Source: Eremomyces bilateralis CBS 781.70
Taxonomy: Eukaryota
Assembly: GCA_010015585.1 (NCBI GenBank)
Contig: ML975150.1
DNA length: 64,000 bases
Direction: 5' to 3' (one strand)
Shown here: piece after piece, positions 1 through 11,310 of the stretch
Layout of the letters: each line of letters starts with the position of its first letter
Position numbering within the stretch: position 1 is the stretch's first letter
The notes under the pieces: generated by a model
Databases searched by the model: none
What the model was told of the DNA's origin: nothing
Seen by the model: only the letters and a program-made list of their open reading frames with translations
Translations under genes and position numbers: made by a program

Positions 1-946
1 GGCTTGTTGTGGATATTCACGACTACAACCAAACTGTGCATACTGCCTGATGGCTGATACCCCGTTGTCTCTGTTGATGGTCCAGAACCTTTTGTCTGGA
101 TGAGTACTGTGGAGTTCTGGTCTGCTTGATGGGCAGGGAGCGCAGCCGGATGTATTCTACCTTACTAGCGAGATTGGTCGAGCCAGCTGCCAGGGAAGAT
201 CGGGTGTAATCCGGTGCTCTGGGTTGATGTCGGACTCGACCAATGTACCATCCACTTCTTCTATACTATCGATATCCCACGCTGTTGATGTGATGTCACT
301 GCATGATTGACTGGGAGGAACTGGGGATTGCTCACTCCGCATCTTGGTTGGGTGGATTGTAGACGACTGCATTAACTATAGGTACGGTATAAACCGGATA
401 TCACGATAGGATACCCTGAGAGTAAATATACGTTGGTATGACGCAAACCCGAATAATGGTCGGATGGTGGTAAATGGGAATTGATGGAATTGAAGCGGGT
501 CTGAGCTCCAAGTAAAATTGTCGCTTAGGGCCGAATTGGCACACACAACCAACTGGCCACAGAACTGACACACACAACACCCGAACCACCTCGCTCCTTC
601 CTCTCCTCCCTCTAGCGACTTCCAACTTTCCTACCCATCGCCCGTCGATCCTACTTCTTCATCACCACCCCCCGATCCAACCATCCCCCTCCCCCAATCC
701 ATCCACCATCCCATTTCCCAAAAGCTCTCATCAGCAGAGCTTTCCCTTCCCGCATCCCGCCCTCCCTCACATCATCGGGGAGCGCCAACCGTCCCGCTTC
801 TTTTCGTGAGAGCTCGCGAGTTCCTGGACGCACGCGTTGTCGTCCGTGGAGCAATTGGCTCTTACGTTCCCGAGGTCCGCACGCCTCCCAGTCTGAGAGT
901 CACCCGGTGAGAAAGCGCGATTCGCGCGCAATAGAGGTCTTTCATC

Positions 947-2501
947 ATGTCGGGCATTGCTTCCAAGGTATGTGGTTTTTGAGAGTATGCGTGCGGTGGA
1001 TGGGTGCGGATGGAGCGGGTTGAAAAGCTGCAGGGCTTTCGATTCCTTCCATCCATCCATGGCGGCTTTGCACGGATGAATTTGAAGATTCAATGGCTAA
1101 TTCATCGTTCGCGGATTATAGAACCTCTACGATCTACTCGGTACGTGTTTTTAAACAGTCTCATCGGTGAATGAGGAGTGTGGTTCATCCGCCAGATTTC
1201 CCTGGCACGAATTGGACCACGACCATCAATCCGGTCCTAATCATCTCAGAAAAGAATCGTAGCTCATCAATGTTCTTCTCTCAACAGGCAACGATATCGA
1301 GGCCGACCCTTCGCTTCCTCCCCCAAAGCCTGTCGAGCCCGTCGACCGCACCCTTCCGCGCACCGGCAAGCGAAACGCCACCGGAGAGGCCCCTGTTGCC
1401 GCTATCCCGGCTGGAGGTGTCCGCGGTGGTCGATCCCGCCAGGAAGCTTCAGGTAATGATGGAGGTTCGTACATATCGTTTAGTCCCAGATGATGGCAAA
1501 AGAGTCATAGCTAATATAGGATGACAGCGTTCCGAGACCGCAACGCCGGCCATGGCAGCAATGTGACCCGCAACCGGGAGTACACTGGAGCAGGTATGGC
1601 TACTTGAGCGCAAGATGTATGATTATGACTAACGATTAGAAGAGGGTGAGCGTGGTGGATACCGTGGTCGTGGCCGTGGTGGCCGTGGTCGTGGAGAGGG
1701 TGGACGACGTGGAGGCTTTGACCGCCATAGCCGCACCGGCGTCGCGTAAGCCTTCCCTTTCTCCCAACGCATGTGACTTTGCTAACCCACCTCAGCGATC
1801 ATGACAAGCAACTCGCTCACGGCTGGGGCGCTAAGACCGGCGAAGGCGAATTCGCTGACGAGAGAGCCGGCGACGCCATCGCCAAGGCCGACGAGAAGGC
1901 GGCGGCCGGCTCCGTCCCCGCGGGTGCCGATTCCGGCTTCGACGACGCCGCTCCCGTCGGCGGCGACATGCTGACCGAGGCTGCCGAGCCCGAACCGGAG
2001 CTCCCGGCGGGCAAGTCTTATGAGGAATACCTCGCCGACCTCGCCGAGAAGAAGCTGAACCTCGGCGGCGGCTCCCTCGACGTGCGCAAGGCGAACGAGG
2101 GCACCAAGACCAAGTTCCCCGAGGGCAAGGCGCTTACCCGCGAGGAGAGCGAGGACTACTTCATCGGCGCCGAGGGCAAGGCGCGGAAGGTCAAGGAACG
2201 AAAGGAGAAGACCTTCGTCGCGCTCGACGATGCCCGTCTGCGTGAGGAGCCGCGCGAGAACGCCCGTGGCGGCCGCGGTGGCCGTGGCGGACGCGGTGGT
2301 GATCGCGGCGACCGCGGCGACCGTGGTGACCGCCCAGACCGTGGTGATCGCCCGGATCGTGGCGACCGCTCCGAGTTCCGTGGACGCGGCCGTCCCCGAG
2401 GCGAATTCCGTGGCCGTGGAGAAGGGCGTGGACGCGGTGGCCGTGGCGGTGCTGCGGTCAACGTCAACGACCAACGCGCGTTCCCCTCGTTGGGCGCGTA
2501 A
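947..2501 (+). CDS. STM1: Stm1/SERBP1-family ribosome- and G4-binding protein (multi-exon)
   Basis: Spliced N-terminus MSGIASK|NLYDLLG|ND (exons 947-967, 1122-1140) resembles the Stm1 N motif; central FDRHSRTG...GWG motif, KSYEEYLA, RGG/RGD-rich tail and C-terminal AFPSLGA. Confidence 0.9.
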
Positions 2502-2843
2502 AAAAGGACGATTTTCATACCTGTCCTAGACCGCGGTGTATTCAGTAGGAAAGCGAGCTTCGGTTCCGTGTTGCACCTTCTGAGCATCCATGGCGGGTTT
2601 TAACCATCAGAGTTTCATTCGAGAGAAAACGGAAAGAAGGGATCGTTTCATTGCCGAGAAAAAGTCAGATCACTGGGAATCCGGTTGAAGGGCTATTGTC
2701 AGTGTATGCTCTAGCCTTTGCCAATGCAGTAATTTTGCCATCAAAAACTTCATTTAGTCGATTCCGTTGGTGTTGGCAATAATCACTGCCATGTCGCCTT
2801 TATGCTGTGTCCTAGAGTCTACCCCGTACTGAATCATCCTCCC

Positions 2844-3909
2844 TCACTTTAGATGCGAAACCAGACCTTTGATATTCCCCTCCCCCCTCTCCGTCAACCA
2901 TACCCCAAAATACCTCCCCAACGCCTCCCCCCTCTCCTCCTCACTCCCCAGCTTCACCTCCCGCACCACCATCCCCCTCACCTTCACCTTCACCACACCT
3001 CCCATCAACGTCACCTGTCCCACTAACCCCCCGTACCTCTCCACCACCTCCCCGTCCGCCTCCCTCTTAACAACCCCCCACTCCACCAACTCCTCCCACC
3101 CCGCAAACCGCGCCCCTACCACCGTCCGCGTAAACAAACTCCTTACCCCCTCCATCGTCCCCACATTCATCACCTCATAATCCTCCCTCGTGAACTCCAC
3201 CTCCGTAAACGCGTACCCGGGCGTCCACTTCGTCCCCTCCACCTCCTGTCCCTCTCCGTCAACCCCGTAGTTCCTACTATGCTCATACACCCAAAACCGC
3301 GGCGTCGGGTCTGCGCCGCCCGGGAGCGCGCTCCGGGTGAGTTTCATGGTGGAGGTAGGGTGCCAGCCGCGGGTGATGAGGGAGGGGATGAGGGGGAGGG
3401 GCTGGGTGGGGGTGTCGGCACCAAAGCCGACGTCGACGGCGTAGGGGTGGGGGTGGTTGGGGATGGTGACGAGGCTGAGTTGGTGGTTGCTAGATAGTTG
3501 GCCAGGGGATCAAAGTCTAGAGACGGGTGACGGCAGACGGAGCGACTTACTACCCAAGAAACCCTTCCCCGCCTCCCCCCGTCGCGAGCGACACCTTCGC
3601 GCCGACGCTGACGACGTGATACCCTAACCCGCGCAACACGGCCGCGAAGAACGCGTTCACCTCCATGCAGTAGCCGCCGCGTCGGCGAGTGACAATCTTC
3701 TCGTACAGGTCAGTCGGGTCGAGGGAGAGGCGGCGGTGGGGGGTGTAGTGCAGGTCGAAGTTCTCGAAGGGGACATGGAGAAGGTGGGCGGTGAGGAGGG
3801 TGGTCAGAGCAGGGAGGGAGGGGTGCTGGGGGGCGGAGGGGGAGGGGTGGGGGAGGTTGAGGATGGTGGTGAGGTAGGGGTGGAGTTGGGAGGGGGTATA
3901 GACGGTCAT
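2844..3909 (-). CDS. Arylamine N-acetyltransferase (2 exons)
   Basis: VPFENFDLH and RRRGGYCMEVN (catalytic Cys); after the intron (about 3491-3550) the frame continues GYNHQLSLV and VDVGFG, completing the Cys-His-Asp triad. Confidence 0.92.
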
Positions 3910-4784
3910 AGTGAGGTTGGTTGAACGTTGACTGAGCTTGCTTTGGCGATAATTCTGAAGATTGTAGAAGGGGAGAAGAGTAGTGACTTTGTTGCTAACT
4001 TTCTGTTGATGGGAAAGAAAGAGTAGAATGGCTTAGATAGAGATATATCCACACTAATGATGATGAATTTCGTATATATCGAGATTTACCCTCGCAGAAG
4101 ACGATAAATCAAGGAGACCCTGTTTCTAGTTCTTTTCAAAACCAGCAGCTCGTCAATTACTTCCCTTCGTCTTGGAAATCTTAATAATTTGTTTGCCGAG
4201 CGCCTCTATCGCGATTTATTTGAGCACTTCGCCAAGAATACTGTTAGTTCTTGCATCTGCGGTGTCTTCATACTCCGGCAATAGTTGTCGGGATTGATAT
4301 GCGAGCTCTCTGCCGAATATGACATAGCTGCATACTCTTCGTATCGACATGAGCGAACATTTCTCGGACATGTTCCTTCTCCTATTTGACGTAGAATTTG
4401 TTCGGAATTCGGGGTTCTGATGTTGTATGTTGAATACCGCATTAATGCTGCACTTTCAGAACCCAGAAGGCCTACTTTCCCACTACCCACAATCCGGGTT
4501 GATAAGTAGGTACATATTTAGAATCATGAAGGATCGTCTCGCAGATCCTCTAGGAGACTAGGACCTTATGACGTGTCAGGTATAAGCACGATTTGGATCG
4601 GCCGGAAAGGTGTAGTTCTTGAGCTTTTGAGATATTACAAATATCCGACCTGCCATGAAGCGTTTCAATATTGCCTGCCGTCATAAGCCCCCGTCTTCAT
4701 CTGTCCAATCGTTTCTATATCAATATCGACTGATCATATCTGTATCAGAGCAGGTTGAACCGTCTCTATCCAAGTTGAACGACA

Positions 4785-5243
4785 ATGGCCTCGCCACATC
4801 CCATGCCCCTTCCCTATCGCATAGCCTTTAACTGGATCGAGCCATTCGTAGCCACGTCTGGCGCCCTCCAAGCCTACTTCGCCCCCCATTCCCTCCAACA
4901 AATCGAAACCCCAAGCATTCCATACCACCCCCGCCTCCAACCCCTCTTCACCCAACGCACCGGCCTCTGGCTCCTCCTCGCCTTCAACGACGCCGTCACC
5001 CTCCGCGCGACGCGCGACGTGCGCATCTGGCGCCTCGTCCTTGCCGCAGGGCTGTTTTCAGACATCTTCTACACGCTGAGCATCCTGGAGGAGCGGGGCG
5101 CGGCGCGGTTCTGGAACCCGGCGGCGTGGGATGTGAATGATTGGACGTGTTTGGCGCTGACGATTCCGGCGATGGTGGTGAAGCTAGCGTGCGTTGCTGG
5201 AGTGGGGTTGAAGACATCTAAGCCATCGATGAAGGATTCCTAA
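4785..5243 (+). CDS. Small membrane protein of unknown function (about 4 TM)
   Basis: 152-aa intronless ORF with several hydrophobic segments and host-like codon usage. Confidence 0.75.
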   Translation: MASPHPMPLPYRIAFNWIEPFVATSGALQAYFAPHSLQQIETPSIPYHPRLQPLFTQRTGLWLLLAFNDAVTLRATRDVRIWRLVLAAGLFSDIFYTLSILEERGAARFWNPAAWDVNDWTCLALTIPAMVVKLACVAGVGLKTSKPSMKDS

Positions 5244-6091
5244 GAGGTGGGACTGGTGGTGAACCACTAGTAATTTGAGGGCAGTTGGGGGGGCGAGACT
5301 GGGAGCGGCATTGGAATTATGAGGACTCGGATTTGAACGACCGTAACTGGAAGTCCCATTTCGTGTATTTCTAGGAACAGAACTCATTCTCCCTAACCCT
5401 CACCTCGGATTTGCTAAGAGACCGCTCGTAGTCTCTGGGCGCCAATTGAAACCGTTAATAGAGGATTCCGTGCTAAGCGCTGGTGGAAGGGTTAGGCGCT
5501 GCAGGGGGATAGGCTATGAAAGAAGGAAAGGTATTTAGTATTATTGTTCATCAGCACTTCAGATCCAAGTAGGTCTGTGGAGCAATTCTGTAGCTCGCGT
5601 CTCGATGGACGTCTAGGTATGGACACGAGGCTAGGGATCTTCCCACGCGAGAGATCGATGCTGCACGAAACGGTTCAACACAGCATGGCGGTAGCGATGG
5701 ACCCAACGGGTGCCTACAGGATAGTGGTACAACATGGAGACTAAGAGAAGCACAGTATACTACTCGCATATTCTAGAGGTTTGAGTTATACCGAATGCGA
5801 TGCAATCAAGGACGAGACAGCACGTAAAGACACAGCAAGTAATACGTTTTGTCGGTCCCCTTATATTGATAATTACACCAAACCACTTCCACCATTATCT
5901 ACAATTGCAACTCCACAGCAGCTATCGACAGTGATGTCTCCAGCCACCGTGACCCTCTTTGCCAGGTATCAGAAAATAGCAAACGCCCATGTGCCGAAGT
6001 CGACGGCCCCTCATGAATGTAACTGACTTTAGCGCCCCGTGCTGGTCATGAAGAATATGCTAGACGCTTGAATACGCTGCCCAGAACATAT

Positions 6092-6855
6092 TTACAGGAA
6101 GAAGGCAGCGAAAGCACCAACACCAGCAACGAAAGCACCGCCGGTGACAGAGTTAGCGGCACCAGTGAACTTAGGCGGGCTGGTCGGCTTGGGGGGAGCG
6201 CCTAGTGATTCCGTTAGCTTTAAATCAATAGTTAGTGGAATTGGTAACTTACCGGAGCCGGTCGGGTAGACGGGCTTGGACGGGCCAGTGGGGTAGTAGC
6301 CGGTGCCGGTGCCTGAAGGAGTAGGCTTGGTGGGCTTTCCGGGGACGCCGGGCTTGGTCTCGCAGGGAGCAGTCACGGTGACGGTGACAGTGACGGGAGG
6401 GGCCTGCTCAGGGCTGGAAGGCTTGCTGGGCTTCTCCGGGCTGGAGGGCTGGCTTGGCTTGGGGGGAGCCTCAGAGCCTGACTGTTGGGGAGGAGCTGTG
6501 GTTTCGTTAGCAGGACTTCCGGTGGTGCTAATGGCGATGACGGAAATGATAGGTTTGTCGGCTAGACGGTCGGTGACCTCTAGGTGGTAGCCGGTGATAG
6601 AGCGGAGGGTTCAGGCGGTGTAGTTGCCCGGAGGCTTGATGGGAGCGAGCTTACGAGTGGCGGCAGGGCAGTCAGGAGTCTGTTTGCTTGTCAGTGGAAT
6701 GTTCTACGCAATCCGATTCTCATAAAACGTACATCCGGAGGGCACGAAGTGATGGTGGCAACGGCAGTCGAGGTGACAGTTGAGCCAGCCGGGGGGGCAA
6801 CACCACCCGCGACGGCGGCACCAATGAGGAGAGCGGAAACAAGAGCGAAACGCAT
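6092..6855 (-). CDS. Secreted Pro/Thr/Ser-rich, probably GPI-anchored cell-wall protein (4 exons)
   Basis: Signal peptide MRFALVSALLIGAAVA; three canonical introns join in frame; PKPT/PS-rich body; C-terminal FTGAANSVTGGAFVAGVGAFAAFFL typical of a GPI signal. Confidence 0.85.
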
Positions 6856-9800
6856 TTTGTCTGAGGTATGATATGGATCCGGTAAAGGAATCGAAAAATT
6901 AAGTAAAGAGAGTGAGGTTGAGGTAGTTCGTTGGTAGTTTCTCAAAGAATGGACGACCGAAGTCAAAGAGTAGTCAAAAGCTGGTGCTGATGAAGATTGA
7001 TGATGCTGGAGGTGAGGAAGGAAAGAGACGGATGGAAGATTTGGGGATTCTGTTTGCTCTTATTTACTGCACCCGGGAAATTACTGACAGGTGAATGGAT
7101 GATCCTGCAGCATGGACATCATGGGAACAGACCAACCAGTGGAGAGGATGAGCACAGATGTGCGGCTTAGGTGCAGGATGTGGCCCATGGGCTGCTCGTT
7201 GCGGTTGATAAAGGGGCGTGGCGCTCAATGGCGTACACGCTAACGCAGGAACAGGCAAAGTGCTGCCAAATGTCATCTTCATCCCCTGGAAAAGAAGGGG
7301 AAAGCCGCCAAAGCGGTCACGACGGCAATAGCGGAGCACAGCAGTTCGGCGGCCAGCGGCGCCATCGTAGTAGAAGATCGTTGACCGAATCGAGTGGATT
7401 TCCCCGTAGAATAGGAGCCGCTATCAGTATCCAGTAGAATGGCCCCAGCACTGACGGAAGGGGGAAGTATCGGATATCAAAGGCTCTGTGCACGTCGATA
7501 ACAGAACGGTTGGGAATGACTGGATGGCTTACCACTGCGAGTAATTTCGCCTGGTGATACGGCCATACGGGGTTGTTGGGCGACGGGCGTTGGCCCAGGT
7601 GAAGGGCGGGTTGAGGATCGACCAATAACGGCTACGGCTATTGATTTCCCGGACCCTCAATATCGGAGGTGGTCATGCCCATGATTCCTATCGCTAGGGC
7701 ATGGGGGTCTGGAGTCTGGACCCAATAATGCCGGGTGTGCTTTACTGCTCACATTCTGCCTTCAGATCAGCGAAAAGATCCCTAAGTCGGTAGGTAATGG
7801 GCAGGAGGAACAAGCAGGAAGCGAAGTTCGAGGGATGTTGAGTCGACAGGGGAAAGGAGATCAAGGCCCAGATCCGGTTAAGCGTCAGGGGAGTTGGTGG
7901 AGCGGATGGGGTGCCACAGCAAAACGAAATATGCCTTTCTTTGAATCCTTGCTTCCTATTGTTTCAAAACTTAGACAATCTGGCTGGGATCTTTTAGTCT
8001 TAGATGCTGGCGCTCAAATGCTCATCCAACTTCCAAGGGTTTCAACAGAAGTCCTGGCAGGCGCCGCAACAGCGCCGGTGGCTGGGCGAGTGGAGCCTCT
8101 GGGGTTATCCATTTGGAAAGGAGCAGAGGGCTTGTCTCCGATGGGGGCGATGATGCACGAATGATTCTGCTGCCAGGTCAAACTGAATGACAGTATGACA
8201 ATGCGCAACCTTGAGAGTTGAGACGGGATTGATGGAGGTTACTCTAACCAGCTGCTTGATGATTCGTTCCTTTATCGGCCATCATCTCGGTTGATTGAAT
8301 TTTTGTACCGAGATATGATTGGTGTCAGGGATCTTGAAGACCGCTGCTCCCAGGGCTTGCAAAAGAATCCGCCAAGATGACTGAGTGTTCCATGAGCTTC
8401 ATGGTCATGGCGTCCTGTCTATTGTGATAAATTAGCATCCACACCCTTCCATATTACTGACGTCTTGCGGAACAGCTTAAGCCTTTGGAGTTTCTCGGTT
8501 CTTTCATTCTTTCATATGATCTCGGACTCTTGGTGGTGGCGATTCGAGAGCACATGGTGTCAATCATGAGTGTCGACGCCGATTTAAGGGACCGGCGTCC
8601 CTTACTAAAGAATCCTCTGGCGTTTCCACTTCGACCATCTGCCGGGGTCGCTTTCCAAAGGGTTGTTGACTTCCATGTTTATTTCTCAACTCAGATGAAG
8701 ATGTCGTCATCCGATCAACTCGCGTGAAAGATCTTCTCGTTGAAGCCGTTGAAGCCGGGAATGTGGATGGCGCACTTCCAGAAGAGTCTCCGTGTGTCCG
8801 ATTTGGACTCTCATCACATGGAAGTGGGACAGGTGGAGTCCTTGATCGTGATCTGATTTTCATCTGAATCCGAACGAGCCAACAATCCCCCACATTATTT
8901 AGTTGAATAATGATCATCCAGAATGGCAACGGTATGGAAAGTCCGCAGTTCAAGTTGCATGCATCTGGTATCGTGAATGTCGCTCGGTCACGTGCCATCA
9001 TCATGTCTGGTTTGGGAAGGCACGGAATTGGTTTCAAACTTCATGCTGTATAGCAGAGGGACCATCCGATATCAGTACCAATACCATTCGATTATAGCTT
9101 CTACCCGACGACTCGGCCTATCTATGGAGTACGGACAATCAATGCGGCCTCTAACGCGCCTGCATGACCTGCAGTCAAGTCACCAAACTCATCTTACTTT
9201 CCAGTCGAAGCAATTCAATCCCACAGCCGACCTAAACCGTTATTGCAGCGCAAAACAGGAGTGAGATATCGACCATTATTGGTAACTTGTTTTCCTGGTC
9301 GGTGATTTCGAACAGTCCATATCATCTCCGGTTCCGCCAGCGGTGGTGTTTCCAGAGTTTGGGATAACCAACTGTTTCCTGATATTCTCTACTCACTCTC
9401 AGTCAATTTAGCTGTTCTGTATGGTTTCGGCGCTGTTTCATCAACCGGATCACCGGTTTTATGCTTCATCTACGGCAGGGTTCTCATCAAGTTCACGTTG
9501 TCTTCATCTCAGAAAGCAATATCGACGTCTACCACGATGCGATTCTCCTTGACCGGTCTACGCGCGCGATCAAGCAACCATATTAGATGTGTTGAATACG
9601 AGTACATTTGTACGTACCAAGTCTGGGTTGCGTTCTGCACCATTGTGCTTGTGTGAGCCATCTTGACGTATCGGTCGGATCAACTTATAAGCTGCAGAAC
9701 GGTGTCAACAGCTGCCTGCCACAGTTTTCCCATTGCAGAGCGACCCTAGCCGCTCAAATGGCTTCACCAACAGCATATTTGACAATTGAAAATGTTGTTG

Positions 9801-11310
9801 AAGCCAAGACGACATATCTTCTTATTCTAGTCCATAGACTCCTAGAACGACGACGAACATGAACTCTTCCAACCTATCCGATATCCTGATAATATCACAC
9901 GGCGAGTCTTTGGTCCATTATAGGATTGCGGTGCTTTAGTAGGTGCCTTGGACGCGACTTTCAACGACGAGGCCGAAATACCACATCCTCATTATATGCG
10001 TTGTTTCTATACGCTTACCGCGATCACTCCAGTCCAACCGAAGGGAGAAGCCTCGTTTGGAAACATTATCGACTGCAACACACCCAACGTGACTGTTGTA
10101 CTGTGTGTAGATCCCTCAACTGGAATGGAAGACACCACGGATCTCTCGACAGAAGAGCTTCCTAGGTGAGTACCCAGGTTCGGGGAACCCAGCTCTTGTT
10201 AAGCACTCAGCCAATGACTGCACTATCAAGCTGTGAGAGACCACATTTTTGGGTTCGCCCTGGAGTAGCTCCTCCCTCCTTCACAGCATCTACTCTGAAT
10301 GTCTCAGGGTCCGTTGTATCTTCCACTGCATCGTCGAAGAAACCAGATCCTTGATGACTATTTTTGAGGCCTGGAGGAGTTTCGTCAAGTTGCTCGACTG
10401 TACCCAATCATTTTCGGTCTCCATTATTGTGATTCGGTTGAGATTTGCCGGTCGCCTCCAACAGATCCAGGCGGCTACAGTATGCACTGGACGCATAGTG
10501 AGATATCCAATGAGCATATCAGAATAGATACGCCAGGATAATCACCAACAATAGCCAGAAGCGCCTGCAAATCCCTAGGGTGAATGGATGGGGTCCCCAT
10601 TATTGGTTATTATTGTTGAAATGCATTGACTGAACCTGTGCATTCTCAATTCTGGACGGGTTGATTTTCCTGTGGCTTCGATGGCGCTTCGGCCCGCCCC
10701 ACCCGAGCCAACACTGAATCAGACGTGACTGAACCAATATTGACCAATGATCATCCAGGTAGGAAGAAATCGATGGTCCTGAAACATAGGTATCCCCCAA
10801 CGTGTCGAAAACTCTCGATCATTACCCTCTTTTCTCTCACGTTGCCTCTCCTAAAGTAAATCCTACTTTCATTTAATGAAGCAAGACGCGATGATTACCT
10901 ATGCGACTCTCCAGCTATGCTAGTTGGAGAAGGACGTCAAGGATGAAGTATCATCACTCCTGTATAACAACAGGAAGGATCTCAGCGTCCGCCATCGCGC
11001 CCGTCCTTAACAATGAATTCTGCTGCTTCAGAATATGACAGAGCATATGCCTGGATTAACCGCCACGGTAGCGAATTGAAGCGGTTATACGACTATTTGA
11101 GTATCCGCGGCGCGAAGTGTTTGAGATAGACTTCATGTTGCCTTCATTATTGATATGCGGTACCGCACCAGCTGGGTATTTGTACAGTATCCAACCTTAC
11201 CTTTCTCTGGTTCTCTGGGTCTTTTTGCGCAGTCCTTTCATATTCTCCTTAGCAACGACCATATATTTGCATAGTGGAAGCGTTGATCTATCCCCCTTTC
11301 CCCCCTTACA

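Noticed and set aside
1..372. Minus-strand 71-aa ORF, possibly the first exon of a gene running off the window
   Set aside because: A plausible GTAAGG donor exists, but there is no recognisable motif and too little sequence to support a call.
1782..2587. Long antisense/overlapping ORFs (also 24240-25289, 26273-27067, 30773-31675, 38398-39123, 44754-45656)
   Set aside because: Shadow ORFs caused by high third-position GC in real genes; low complexity with no domains.
4055..4140. ATGATGA box-C-like motif (also near 13313, 23060, 23242, 27459)
   Set aside because: No suitably spaced CTGA box with terminal stem or recognisable rRNA antisense element.
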